Of a DNA stretch of 64,000 nt, positions 1-11,043 are shown one piece after another. Position numbers and translations under genes: made by a program. Where the stretch lies: contig CAVTTL010000001.1 in the NCBI GenBank assembly GCA_963737635.1, positions 2,272,001 through 2,336,000 of the forward strand. Direction: 5' to 3'. The notes beneath the pieces were generated by a model, which saw only the letters and a program-made list of their open reading frames with translations, searched no databases and was not told the DNA's origin. Source of the DNA: an uncultured Methanoregulaceae archaeon. Lineage in GTDB: Archaea; Halobacteriota; Methanomicrobia; Methanomicrobiales; Methanospirillaceae. Within the stretch, counting starts at the first letter, position 1. Each line of letters opens with the position of its first letter.

Positions 1-2011
1 GGCACAGGATGAGAAACACCCACTCCTTGAACGGGTGAAGTTCCTTTCCATTTTTGCCAACAACCTCGACGAATTTTTCATGATCCGGGTCTCAGGACTC
101 CAGCGCCAGGCTGCGCAGGGGGTGCTCAAGGCTCCTCCTGACGGGATGACAGCATCCGAGCAGATCCTCGCGATCGAAAAGGCGATCCTGCCCGAACTCG
201 ACCTCCAGTACGACTGCTGGAATAACGAAATCCTTCCCCGGCTGGCTGCCGCCGGTATCTTCATCCGTCCCTATAACGAGCTCAATGCAGAGCAGAAAAA
301 AGCGCTGCGCACATTCTTTGTTGAGGAAGTATTCCCGGTACTTACGCCGCTTGCTTTCGATTCTGCCCACCCGTTCCCCTTCATCTCTAACCTCTCGCTT
401 AACCTTGCAATTACCATCCGCGATCCGAAGGGAAAGGAGCTTTTCGCCCGGATCAAGGTGCCTACCGGTCTCTTTCCCCGGCTTATCCGTGTCCCGGACG
501 CTCGTTCAATCGTCCATCGTGAGGATAAACAGGTGTATCTCGTATACCTGGAAGACCTCGTTGCCGCACACCTCGACCTGCTCTTCCCCGGTCTTGAAGT
601 GGTAGGTGCCTCCCCCTTCCGGATCACCAGAGATGCCGACCTTGACATCGAAGTCGATGAAGCGTCCGACCTCATGACCACAGTCGAGGAGATCATGGAG
701 CAGCGTGCACGGGGAACTCCGGTCAGGATTGAGGTAGATTGCTCAATGCAGGAAAACACCTGCCATATGCTCGAAAAGAAACTGGGTATCGGCTCCCACA
801 TGCTCTACCGGATCGGCCACCCAGTCGGTATGGCCGATCTCATGGAACTCCTCTCCCTCGACCGTCCTGATTTAAAAGATCCACCCTTCCAGCCATCAGT
901 CCCACCTGAACTCGCTGAGGAAAAGGACATTTTCTCTGCCATAAAAAGAAAAGATATCCTCCTTTTCCATCCTTACGACAGTTTCTCTCCGGTTATTAAT
1001 TTTATCCGGCAGGCGGCCCATGACCCGGGCGTCCTTGCCATCAAGATCACGTTGTACCGGGTGGGTTCCAATTCGCCGATTGTCCGGGCGCTCATGGAGG
1101 CCCGGGAGAACGGAAAAGCCGTAGCAGCCCTCATTGAGCTCAAGGCTCGGTTTGATGAGGAAAACAATATAGGCTGGGCACGGGCGCTGGAACGCGCCGG
1201 GGTCCATGTGGTCTACGGTGTTGTCGGTCTTAAAGTCCACGCGAAAATTTGTATGGTAGTCCGTCGCGAAAAAGACGGCATCCGTCGGTATATGCACCTC
1301 GGGACCGGCAATTACAATGCAACTACAAGCCGGATCTACACAGATTTTGGTATGTTCACCTGCGACCGGGATATTGGCGATGACATGGCAAATCTTTTCA
1401 ATTTCCTGACCGGGTACGCCCGCTTCGATCAGTACCGGAAACTTGCTGTCGCTCCAGTGACTCTCAGGAGCGCTATCCTTTCAAGAATCGACCGGGAGAT
1501 TGCATGCCACCGTGAGCACGGCGGGGGGCATCTCATTTTCAAGATGAACGCACTTGTCGATTATGAGTGCGTCACGGCCTTGTACCGAGCCTCGCAGGCC
1601 GGGGTCAAGGTCGATCTTCAGGTCCGGGGTATCTGCTGCCTGCGACCGGGCATTCCCGGTGCAAGCGAGAACATTACCGTCAGCGCTATCGTCGGGAGAT
1701 TTCTTGAACATGCGCGCATCTATTACTTCAGGAATAACGGCCAAGATGAAGTGCTTCTCGGTAGCGCCGATCTCATGCCGCGGAACCTTGACCGGCGCGT
1801 TGAGGTGCTCTTCCCCATCACAGATCCCACACTAAAGAAGGCACTTCTTTCGATCATCCTGGATACCGAGCTGAGGGACAACCGGCAGCTCCGGCTGATG
1901 GCGATCGATGGGACATACATGCGGAAACGTCCCGCCCCGGGAGAATCACCGGTCGACTCGCAGTCCTGGTTCCTCGAACACAAAGGGGTATGGTACCATG
2001 CCGGAACCTGA
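1..2011 (+). CDS. ppk1: Polyphosphate kinase 1 (5' end lies before the window)
   Basis: NLDEFFMIRV, HPYDSF, ELKARFDEENNI, KVHAK, HLGTGNYN and GRFLEH motifs; frame open from the window start. Confidence 0.95.
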   Translation, partial: AQDEKHPLLERVKFLSIFANNLDEFFMIRVSGLQRQAAQGVLKAPPDGMTASEQILAIEKAILPELDLQYDCWNNEILPRLAAAGIFIRPYNELNAEQKKALRTFFVEEVFPVLTPLAFDSAHPFPFISNLSLNLAITIRDPKGKELFARIKVPTGLFPRLIRVPDARSIVHREDKQVYLVYLEDLVAAHLDLLFPGLEVVGASPFRITRDADLDIEVDEASDLMTTVEEIMEQRARGTPVRIEVDCSMQENTCHMLEKKLGIGSHMLYRIGHPVGMADLMELLSLDRPDLKDPPFQPSVPPELAEEKDIFSAIKRKDILLFHPYDSFSPVINFIRQAAHDPGVLAIKITLYRVGSNSPIVRALMEARENGKAVAALIELKARFDEENNIGWARALERAGVHVVYGVVGLKVHAKICMVVRREKDGIRRYMHLGTGNYNATTSRIYTDFGMFTCDRDIGDDMANLFNFLTGYARFDQYRKLAVAPVTLRSAILSRIDREIACHREHGGGHLIFKMNALVDYECVTALYRASQAGVKVDLQVRGICCLRPGIPGASENITVSAIVGRFLEHARIYYFRNNGQDEVLLGSADLMPRNLDRRVEVLFPITDPTLKKALLSIILDTELRDNRQLRLMAIDGTYMRKRPAPGESPVDSQSWFLEHKGVWYHAGT

Positions 2012-3596
2012 ACCGGCGGCTACTATCCCCGGTCCCTGTATCTTCGGATCAGAAAGGCTGCTCCCTCACATAGATGCCATCTCACATGAAATCGCCGGTG
2101 TGAGGGCTGCTGATGATATTGAACCCGTCCATCGCATGCGGGTCGCCTCACGCCGGCTTCGTGCCGCCCTTCCCCTTTTTTCTTCCTGTTTTCCGGAAAA
2201 AAACTTCCGTTCATGGATGCACGATATAAAAAAGATCACCCGTGCCCTTGGGGCTGCCCGGGACGCAGACGTCCAGATAGCGTTTCTGAAAAAATATCTC
2301 AAAACACAACCGGACGTGAGCTCTCCGTCTCCTAGTACTCAGGCACAGGTTGTAAACCCTGTTGCGACCCTTCTTTCCCGGCTCCAGAAACGACGCAGTA
2401 CCTTTCAGAAGCAGGTGATCTCGGTGCTTAATGATCTGGAGCATTCACAAGCAATCTCCCAGCTGCAGGCAGCATGTGCCGCACCCCCTCAACCGGGAAA
2501 GGTGGGAAAGAGGACACGTTATTCCGGGATCCTTCCGGTCGCCACCGACCGGATCGGAAGGCGTATACAAAAGGTACACCAGTATGACCCCTTCGTGCAC
2601 AACCCGGATGCCGTGTTCGAGCACCATGCTCTCCGGATTGCAGCAAAGAAATTACGGTACACAATGGAGACCTACGCCTCCCTCTACAGGCGCGATCTCA
2701 AAAAACCTATCGCACGAATAAAGCGACTCCAGGATCTCCTCGGTGATATCCACGACTGTGATGTCTGGATCGAAGAGATGTCCCTTGCGATCGTAAAACA
2801 ACGTGCACGCCGGCATCCTCAGAGCGCTCTGCCCGGCACGTCAGTATCTGCAGTTGCCCCCCTCCGCCGGTTATTGATCAACCGCGAGAAACGCCGGGCC
2901 CGGCTATACCGGCAGTTTGTCCGGTACTGGGACAGCCTTGTCCACACCGGTTTCTGGGACACTCTGCAGACGGATGTGCTTGCGGGACAACGATCGGCAT
3001 TCATTAATCACCGCGTTCTCCCCGCAAAAGAGGAGCGTGAGGCGTTTGGACAACTTGCAGCTCTCGCACCCGATCACGACGCCCACAGCCATATCGTGGA
3101 AATGCTTGCACTCCGACTCTTCGACGAACTGACGCCCCTCCACGGTCTTGGCCCCCGCGACCGCATCCTTCTTTCCTATGCCGCGATGGTGCACGATATC
3201 GGCTGGAACCAGGGACAGGCAGGCCACCAAAAGAAAAGCGCAGAACTGATCCTTTCCCGTACCGGCCTTCCAGTGCCGGTCCGTGAGCAGGGTATTATTG
3301 CCCTCGTTGCCGGGTTGCATGGCGGGCACACGCAGATCCACCCACCCGGCTTTTTTGGTCTCCTCCCGCCAACCGACCAGAAACGGGTGCGCATCCTCGC
3401 CGCACTCCTCCGGGTCGCTGATGGACTTGATTACCTTCACGCTGGTAGTGTCACCGGGCTTCGCTGTGCGATCCGGGGGCCGGATGTTCTTTGCACGCTT
3501 ACCTGCATGGGCGATACGGCAACCGAAAAAGCAAGGGCGATCCGGAAAAGCGACTTGTTTGCTGAAGTGTTCGAAAAGATGCTGGTGATAGCGTGA
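1998..3596 (+). CDS. CHAD-domain protein fused to a Ppx-type C-terminal HD domain
   Basis: CHAD motifs VHRMRVASRRLR and HALRIAAKKLRY...LQDLLGDIHD; C-terminal HDIG...H..LRVADGLD; ATG at 1998 overlaps the ppk1 end. Confidence 0.88.
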   Translation: MPEPEPAATIPGPCIFGSERLLPHIDAISHEIAGVRAADDIEPVHRMRVASRRLRAALPLFSSCFPEKNFRSWMHDIKKITRALGAARDADVQIAFLKKYLKTQPDVSSPSPSTQAQVVNPVATLLSRLQKRRSTFQKQVISVLNDLEHSQAISQLQAACAAPPQPGKVGKRTRYSGILPVATDRIGRRIQKVHQYDPFVHNPDAVFEHHALRIAAKKLRYTMETYASLYRRDLKKPIARIKRLQDLLGDIHDCDVWIEEMSLAIVKQRARRHPQSALPGTSVSAVAPLRRLLINREKRRARLYRQFVRYWDSLVHTGFWDTLQTDVLAGQRSAFINHRVLPAKEEREAFGQLAALAPDHDAHSHIVEMLALRLFDELTPLHGLGPRDRILLSYAAMVHDIGWNQGQAGHQKKSAELILSRTGLPVPVREQGIIALVAGLHGGHTQIHPPGFFGLLPPTDQKRVRILAALLRVADGLDYLHAGSVTGLRCAIRGPDVLCTLTCMGDTATEKARAIRKSDLFAEVFEKMLVIA

Positions 3597-5218
3597 AGGC
3601 CAAACAGAAGATTGGGGCCAACGGGCGCATTGTCGCATTTATCGATATCGGGACGAATTCCGTACGGATGCTTGTGGTCCGGTTCAATCCCAACCACTCT
3701 TACAGTATCCTTTCCCGCCAGAAACAGCAGGTGCGCCTCGGAGAGGGAGAGTTCGATGACGAAGAAATTACTCCTGATGCCATCGACCGTGCCTGTGTCG
3801 TCTGCCGGAAGTTCGTCGACCTTGCCCGCTCATTCAATGCCGAAGAGTTTGTGGCAGTTGCCACGTCTGCGGCCCGTGAGGCTTCAAACCAGAACCTCCT
3901 GCTCAACCGGTTGCGGCATGAGTCGCTGATCGATGTAAGGGTGATCTCAGGCCTTGAAGAGGCGCGCCTGATCTATCTGGGTGTTGCAAGCGGGCTGCAC
4001 CTCGGTGATCGGCAGGCGTTCTTTATCGATATCGGCGGGGGGAGTACGGAGATCTCGGTCGGCGGCCAGCAGCAGTTCCACATGCTTGAGAGTTTCCGGT
4101 TGGGAGCAATCAGGCTCACGAACCTGTTTTTTTCGGATAATCCCGCAGGATCTGTGCGCCCGGACCAGTACCGGATCGTCCAGCAGTATGTTAAAAATGC
4201 CATTATTCCCACGGTTCAGAAGATCAAAAAACATAACATCGATCTCGCGGTAGGCAGCTTCCGGCAGTATCATGAACCTTGCCGATATTGCCCAGAAAGC
4301 GCTCCATCCGGAGGGAAATGCTCCTTCCGGTGTGATCACGTACCGGGATCTGAAAAAAGCAATCGACCTGCTCTGTTCGGTCCCGCTGGAGGAAAGGCGC
4401 AGGATCCCCGGGATCAATTCCGAGCGGGCAGATATCATCATTGCGGGGGCGGTGATTCTCGAGACGTTCATGAAAGAGCTCGGTTTGGAGGCCATGACAA
4501 CCACCAGCCGTGGACTGCAGGACGGCCTTTTGATGGACTATCTCTCCCGCATGGAAGACTTTCCTCTCTTTGGGACGCTTTCCCCCCGTGAAAGAAGTGT
4601 GCTCCAGCTGGGCAGGTCCTGCGGAGTTAACGAAGCGCATGCCCGGACCGTCACCCGGCTCGCACTTGAGATCTTTGATTCGGCAAAGGAGATACGACTG
4701 CACAATTATGGAGACTGGGAGCGCGAACTCCTCGAGTATGCCGCGTTCCTCCACGACATCGGGTCATTTATTTCGTTTACCAATCACCATGCCCATTCCT
4801 ATTATATCATAAAGAATTCCGACTGCTGGGTTTTGACCAGAAAGAGATCGACATTATGGCCAATATTGCCCGCTTCCACCGCAAGAAAAAGCCGAGAAAG
4901 AAACGCCTCGATCTCCCTGAATTTGCCGACAATGAGCAGCGGATGGTTCTCGTCCTTGCCATGTTTATCCGGCTTTGTGAAAGCCTTGACCGGAGCCATT
5001 CGGGTTTTGTTCAGCACGCGGAGTTTGTCCGGGCCGAAAAAAACGAGGTCGTGCTGGATATCGTAGCGGAGAACGACTGCCAGCTTGAGATCTGGGGCGT
5101 GGAAGCTGAGCAGCGAACCTTTGAAAAAATCTTTATGAAGCGCCTGAAAATCGAAGTGATTTCACCGAGCACCTGCGACGGGCAGAAAGAAAACGAGAAT
5201 ACCTCTACGGTACGGTAA
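3593..5218 (+). CDS. ppx: Ppx/GppA exopolyphosphatase with HD domain; two apparent frameshifts (~4259, ~4822)
   Basis: IDIGTNSVR, ATSAAREA, EEARL, DIGGGSTE and LHDIG found across three consecutive frames. Confidence 0.88.
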
Positions 5219-5269
5219 CAAGAGGTGGGCCCGGGCCAGGTTCCCGATAAGTGCCATGCTACCTCCACC

Positions 5270-5683
5270 TTAAGCCAAGGTTCCTTCGTAATCCATTGTC
5301 CCGCAATCGGCATCCACGCTCACGCGCGTCCCGGTTTTCAACCGGGTAAGCGGCACCACCGGGCGATCAATCATTGGTATATTCCCAATGATCGCGCCGG
5401 TGGCAATAATGGGCTCAGCCTCAGTATTTACGATAGCCGCAGGAGCATGACCGTTCCGGGTAAGGGCGTACATCACATAGGAACCGACTGTCGATCCCTT
5501 ACCATAAGGAAATGCGAGGACGGTACCAGCTACCGATATACCCTCAAGGGGGTGGCCCTTCTCTACGACAACTCCTGTCTCGGGATCGACTCCGGAAAGG
5601 AAAGAGATCGGTTCGGGGCTTACAAGCAGCCTGCCTGCACCTTTCCCCCGGGAAATACTGCGACCGGTAATTATCAAAATCAC
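5270..5683 (-). CDS. DUF126 / aconitase X swivel subunit (phosphomevalonate dehydratase small subunit)
   Basis: ISFLSGVDPETG and FPYGKGSTVGS motifs. Confidence 0.85.
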   Translation of the reverse strand: MILIITGRSISRGKGAGRLLVSPEPISFLSGVDPETGVVVEKGHPLEGISVAGTVLAFPYGKGSTVGSYVMYALTRNGHAPAAIVNTEAEPIIATGAIIGNIPMIDRPVVPLTRLKTGTRVSVDADCGTMDYEGTLA

Positions 5684-5712
5684 ACCACATAAATGGTTGA
5701 AGATTGAGATAT

Positions 5713-6879
5713 ATGAGTAATATGGAAGAGACCTCGGTTGATAACCCGCCTCAAAACGAGCTTAAATACCAGATCCAGGTTAACGAGCTCGAGGCGGCAC
5801 TCCTTGAACAGAAGGTCAGAGCCGAAGATCTCCAGAAGGAAAATGCGCAGCTGAAGCGGGAAAATAACCAGCTCAAGCGCATGCCGCTCTTTGTCGCGGT
5901 AATCATCGATATTCTGGAGAACAACGAGATCTATCTCCGCCAGCAGGGAAACAACCAGGAATACCTGACTCATGCCTCCGAAGAGCTCAGGCCCCTGTTG
6001 AAACCCGGGACAAAAGTGGCTGTCAATAACGCGCTTTCTATTGTCAAAGTCATAGGGAACGTGTATGATTCCCGTGTCCGGGTGATGGAACTGGAGGAGT
6101 CACCGGAGATTTCGTATACCCAGATCGGCGGGTTGTCCGATGAGATCAAGGAAGTGCGTGAAGCCGTGGAATACCCGCTTACGAAACCTGAGATCTTCCG
6201 GCGGATAGGGGTCGAGCCACCCAAAGGTATCCTGCTTTACGGTTCGCCGGGGACCGGGAAAACCCTGATCGCAAAGGCGGTCGCCCACGAGGCAAAGGCT
6301 ACGTTTATCCGCATGTCAGGCAGCGAACTTGTACACAAGTTCATAGGAGAAGGGGCGGGACTCGTCCGAGAGCTCTTCACACTTGCCCGCGAACGGGCAC
6401 CGGCGATCGTCTTTATCGACGAGATTGATGCAGTCGGGAGCATGCGGACAAACGACGGGACGAGCGGTAGTGCCGAAGTGCAGCGGACGCTCATGCAGCT
6501 TCTTGCAGAGATGGACGGCTTTGATAATCGTGGCGAGATCCGGATCATGGCGGCAACAAACAGGGTCGACATGCTTGATCCTGCTCTCCTGCGGCCCGGC
6601 AGGTTTGACCGGTTGATCAAAATCCCGCTGCCCGACCGTACGGCACGACTTGAGATCCTCAAGATTCACTCAGGCAAGATGCACCTCTGCGATATCAGCC
6701 TCGAAGTTATTGCTTCCATGACCGAAGGCGCTACCGGGGCAGAACTCCAGGCGATCTGCCGCGAGGCCGGAATGATGGCAGTGCGCCGCGATGCTCCGGC
6801 AGTGGAGATGAAGGACTTCTCGGACGCCTTAAAGAAAGTCAGGGCCGACACGACCACAGACACCCGGATGTATACCTGA
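5713..6879 (+). CDS. pan: Proteasome-activating nucleotidase, paralog 1
   Basis: N-terminal coiled coil and OB fold; [22 protein letters not shown]; C-terminal MYT (HbYX). Confidence 0.93.
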   Translation: MSNMEETSVDNPPQNELKYQIQVNELEAALLEQKVRAEDLQKENAQLKRENNQLKRMPLFVAVIIDILENNEIYLRQQGNNQEYLTHASEELRPLLKPGTKVAVNNALSIVKVIGNVYDSRVRVMELEESPEISYTQIGGLSDEIKEVREAVEYPLTKPEIFRRIGVEPPKGILLYGSPGTGKTLIAKAVAHEAKATFIRMSGSELVHKFIGEGAGLVRELFTLARERAPAIVFIDEIDAVGSMRTNDGTSGSAEVQRTLMQLLAEMDGFDNRGEIRIMAATNRVDMLDPALLRPGRFDRLIKIPLPDRTARLEILKIHSGKMHLCDISLEVIASMTEGATGAELQAICREAGMMAVRRDAPAVEMKDFSDALKKVRADTTTDTRMYT

Positions 6880-6928
6880 AACCTGGCGTCCGTGAAAGGG
6901 GCTGTCAGAAGGTAGATGGAGAGCCCGG

Positions 6929-7438
6929 ATGAATATTCTTTTAATCCAGCGGGAAGGCACCGATCTCCATCACACTTTATTTTCGTCTGAAACCAGCCGG
7001 CTCGCCCTTCGTTTTTATCACCCGAAAAAGGTGTCCTGCGGGGTAACGATTGCGGTTGCATCCTTAGGAAGCGCCTTATCCCTCGTTTCAGAACTACGCT
7101 GGTATCTCCGGCGTTATGTGCGGGAAACCCTCTTTGAAATCGAAGAGGGTATCTTCTGTACCCATAATCTTGCGCAGGATATTTACTATGAACGTACTGC
7201 TATCCTCAGCAAACCGTGGGCATTTCGCCGGATTTATGGGTTTTTCCCGGGAAAACCAGCCTGCCGGCTCGTCATGGCACCAGGGTCAAATGCCAAAGAT
7301 TATTCATCTGAACTAACGGGCACCGATACCATAATCGAAGTATGGTGCAATGAAGATGAGGTGGAAGATATCGGGGAATTGATTCCTCTTGAAGAGTCAG
7401 GCGTGCCCCCTGGTACTCTGGACGGTCCGGGCCCGTGA
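6929..7438 (+). CDS. Conserved methanogen hypothetical protein (DUF5804-like)
   Basis: 169-aa ORF with LFSSETSRLALRFY motif; GGAG upstream. Confidence 0.6.
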   Translation: MNILLIQREGTDLHHTLFSSETSRLALRFYHPKKVSCGVTIAVASLGSALSLVSELRWYLRRYVRETLFEIEEGIFCTHNLAQDIYYERTAILSKPWAFRRIYGFFPGKPACRLVMAPGSNAKDYSSELTGTDTIIEVWCNEDEVEDIGELIPLEESGVPPGTLDGPGP

Positions 7439-7466
7439 ATTGGTGAAATCACAAAAAAAATCTTAC

Positions 7467-9746
7467 TTACAGCTTTGGGGATAACCCATCTACCGTAATT
7501 GAGATACAATTCAAAGATGGCTTCGTGAACCTGTATATTCCCTTCGGCACCGTAATCTCAAATCGCGCACCTCTGCCCGACTCGCCAGTTTCAGTTATAG
7601 TGATATCGGTGATCGATAGGATCTCCCGGGCAAGGAACAATCCAAGCCCGGTATTTCTGCCGTATCCCCGGTCAAACAATCGCGGCTTGTCTTCAAGGGA
7701 AACTCCGACACCATCATCTTCGCAGATTATGGTGAGGCTGTCATCAGCGGCATTTTTGAGGCACGTAAAGCTGATCTCACTCAGGCAATTACCACCGTAC
7801 TTGAGTGCATTATCAATTAGGTTATAAAATACCTTTTCCAGAAGAGGATCAGTAAAAACCTCCAGATCCGTGCAGGAATCATTAATGGTAACATTCGTGA
7901 GAAGAAACGCCTGGCGAACTTTGGAAATCAATCCGGAAATACTCTGCCATTCCGGCATTTTGACGCCGATATTCTGGTAATACCGTGTGAACGAGAGCTG
8001 GGTCCAGATCGTACGCACGGAGGCCTCACACCGTATGAGATAATCTTCCACAGTGGGGTTTCCATTCTGGCTTTTGGCAAGATCGAAGTATCCATGCAGC
8101 GCGAGCAACTGGTTCAGGATATCGTGACGCGTAACATCCATTAAGAGGTTCAGTTTTTTATTTGCGATCTCCAGAGAATGTCCGGCTGCTTTGCGATCGG
8201 TAATATCCCGCACAACTGCAATACCGATGCGTTTTCCCCGCAATGCCACTACATGAACGTTGATTTCGACAGGAATGAAAACGCCATTTTTAGTAATACG
8301 CATGGTCTCAAATGTCGAAGATCCCATTGTTTTCAACTCTTTTTCAATCTGGTCTCTTGGTTTACTCGTATCCCCGGTATCCAGATCCCATGGACTTTTC
8401 TGCAATAATTCGTCACGGGAGTACTGCAGCATCCTGCACATTACATCATTTACATCAAGGAACCGGATCGGATCACCATTCTCATCCAGATTAACTATCT
8501 GAATCGCATCGTTGATATTATTGAAAATATCCCGGAATTTTTCCTCACTCTCTTTTAGTTCTTCTTCTGCCTGCTTGAGCTGGGTGATATCACGGCCGAC
8601 AGACTGGTACTCCGTTACATGACCCTCGGCATCAAAGATTGCCCGGTCACTCCACTGCTGCCAGCGAATTTCGCCTGATGGCAAGATAATACGGTGAGCG
8701 ACTGCTGCAACCGGATGGTCCCGGGTCAGCGACGCAAAGGACTGCCGGACGACCGCCTTATCCTCTCTGGGAATAATGGGAATGAACCTTTTTCCAGTCA
8801 GTTCTTCCCTTTTTTTATTGAAATACCGGCAGTACGCACTATTAACAAAGACATGCGTCCCGTCTGGACGGAATCGCGAGATAAACTCGGTCTGATTTTC
8901 GACGACATTCCGGAATCGCTCCTCACTCTTGCGGCGTTCTTCTTCCGCTTTGTCACGTTCAGTAATGTCCCGGATCGATTCAATAGCACCGACCACCTGA
9001 CCCCGCTGATTGAAAAGAAGGCTGGCCTTTCCCATGAGCGTGAGAGGTTTTCCTTTCGGTCGGGCTAAATTGGTATCGGCAACAAGGACATTTTCTCCGC
9101 GCACTATATTCGCGTACGTTTTTTCAATCTTTTCTGTCGGTTCAAGAATCAGATCGATGAGCATGGGACGTCTGGTCCCATAGAACGGCATTGAGTGCTC
9201 ATGATTATCCTTTCCAAGTATTTGTGCAGCTGGAACGCCGGATACTTCCTCCATTGCCCGGTTCCAGACGATCACATGCCCAAATGTATCAATAGCAAAG
9301 GTCGGGTCCGGGAGGGAATTGACCATATCGGTCTCCCGGTGTTCCAGGTCCCGGATCTGCTTTTCTGTTTTCCGTTGCTGGACTGCCTGACGGATCTTAT
9401 GCGCCAGCTCGGTGAACTGCGCCTTTGCCTCCCCGCCTTTCTGAATGTAAAAATCTACACCGGCATTGAGGGCCTCAACCACGATCTCTTCCCGTCCTTT
9501 CCCGGTGAAAATAATGAACGGAACGGTATCTCCTGAGGCCCGGACTTTTTTTAAGAATTCGATCCCGTCCATTCCGGGCATCTGGTAATCTGATACGATG
9601 GCATCGTATTGGTTCCGCCTAAGTAACCCCATGGCTTTCAATGCTGAATCCACGGTTTCGATGCTGAAATCGCCCGATCGCTCTAAATAGAGCTTGGTGA
9701 TATCAAGTAAGGCGGGTTCATCGTCAACGTACAGGGCTTTAATCAG
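7467..9746 (-). CDS. Hybrid receiver-3xPAS-histidine kinase
   Basis: IKALYVDDEP receiver start upstream of the first ATG; DYQMP, HDILNQL H-box, NLIDNA, GLGLF; probable CTG start at 9746. Confidence 0.88.
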   Translation of the reverse strand: MIKALYVDDEPALLDITKLYLERSGDFSIETVDSALKAMGLLRRNQYDAIVSDYQMPGMDGIEFLKKVRASGDTVPFIIFTGKGREEIVVEALNAGVDFYIQKGGEAKAQFTELAHKIRQAVQQRKTEKQIRDLEHRETDMVNSLPDPTFAIDTFGHVIVWNRAMEEVSGVPAAQILGKDNHEHSMPFYGTRRPMLIDLILEPTEKIEKTYANIVRGENVLVADTNLARPKGKPLTLMGKASLLFNQRGQVVGAIESIRDITERDKAEEERRKSEERFRNVVENQTEFISRFRPDGTHVFVNSAYCRYFNKKREELTGKRFIPIIPREDKAVVRQSFASLTRDHPVAAVAHRIILPSGEIRWQQWSDRAIFDAEGHVTEYQSVGRDITQLKQAEEELKESEEKFRDIFNNINDAIQIVNLDENGDPIRFLDVNDVMCRMLQYSRDELLQKSPWDLDTGDTSKPRDQIEKELKTMGSSTFETMRITKNGVFIPVEINVHVVALRGKRIGIAVVRDITDRKAAGHSLEIANKKLNLLMDVTRHDILNQLLALHGYFDLAKSQNGNPTVEDYLIRCEASVRTIWTQLSFTRYYQNIGVKMPEWQSISGLISKVRQAFLLTNVTINDSCTDLEVFTDPLLEKVFYNLIDNALKYGGNCLSEISFTCLKNAADDSLTIICEDDGVGVSLEDKPRLFDRGYGRNTGLGLFLAREILSITDITITETGESGRGARFEITVPKGIYRFTKPSLNCISITVDGLSPKL

Positions 9747-10233
9747 GATAAATCACTTCTGAATCATTTCAGCAAATTTCCCGGTGATTTCGAGATACTC
9801 ACCGTTATCCACTTCTTTTTCAACCCTCGCCAATGGTATATGCCTCATCGAAGGAGATGGGGAATAATTCCGAATCTCGCTGGCGTACCATACATTGTAT
9901 ATCGACAGATTGTGTATATATTAATTGTCAAATCTCTATTGTATATCTTCATAAATATAGAGACAATCCGTAATTGATACACTTTTGACTCTGATATTTC
10001 GGCAGGACTTCATCGATAAAACAGGAGGGAGAATTTTCACGATGCCATTATTCACTAGAATAATCCTCCGACAAATTATCAAAATCTGATTTCGAGTCCG
10101 GTGAACTTACCTGATTCCCAGATAACCTCAATGAAGACCGATATTTCGATCGACGACGTTAAATCAAAATTCGGTTTCGGTTAATAAACAACAAATGATT
10201 GGAACAAAAATAGTTGACCCCGATGATTACCCA

Positions 10234-10893
10234 TTATGCCTTTTGAATTCCTGCCAGTTTTATGGTAAATGTGAGGTTATATCCAGCAAGAGGATTATTT
10301 GCATCCCAGGTGATTGTCTTCGGCGTGACATTGATGATTTTTACCAGGCTGTAGGAATTTGTTGGTCTGTAATGAATTCTATATGATTGTCCGACGACAA
10401 AAGTCTGGTTTGCAATAGGACCGGTGCGGTTCAACGTCTGGATGAGTGCCGGGTTATACGCCCCATATGCTTGGGTATACGGTAGGATCACTGTTTTTGT
10501 CTCATTTGTTGACATCCCGGTCACTATTTCCTGAATACCGGAGATGACACTGGAATTACCGAGAGTAAATAGAAGAGGGGTGCTGTTCATGTTCGATGAA
10601 ATCACAGTACCATTTTCAAACGCTTCAGTGTAATACACAGTAACGGTATCCCCGTTGGTAGCAACCGATCCGGCAAAAAAGATGAATGCACCTGCTGCAG
10701 CGACGAGGATTACCACGATCACGCCAATCATCACGAGGAAGTTTCTGGATTTCTGCTCCGGCTTAGCATCAGCTTTGTTTTCAGGCGTCTGGTTCACAAC
10801 ACCGGAAGTACTTTCCGGAACATTCGGAGTTTTTTCTCCAGCGCTTTCATTCTCTTTCGTCATTTCTTCTTTTATGGGTTCTGGTTCACTCAT
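10234..10893 (-). CDS. Membrane-anchored FKBP/SlyD-type peptidyl-prolyl isomerase homolog
   Basis: TM segment, then GDTVTVYY...PLLFTLG...AYG...NPLAG..LTF FKBP pattern. Confidence 0.8.
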   Translation of the reverse strand: MSEPEPIKEEMTKENESAGEKTPNVPESTSGVVNQTPENKADAKPEQKSRNFLVMIGVIVVILVAAAGAFIFFAGSVATNGDTVTVYYTEAFENGTVISSNMNSTPLLFTLGNSSVISGIQEIVTGMSTNETKTVILPYTQAYGAYNPALIQTLNRTGPIANQTFVVGQSYRIHYRPTNSYSLVKIINVTPKTITWDANNPLAGYNLTFTIKLAGIQKA

Positions 10894-11043
10894 ATTCCTT
10901 CACTTCACCGTTATCATAATACTCTTAAATTTTGGCGCAGAACGGGAAAAAGTTCACGGTCACTGATGATTCGCCGTTTAACCGACCAATCGAAAACTGA
11001 GATCTATCCCTTCGAGGGTGGCACTACTAGAAACAATAGATGT

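Noticed and set aside
10960-11000. Possible C/D box sRNA (TGATGA...CTGA)
   Set aside because: Too short and lacks D'/C' boxes.
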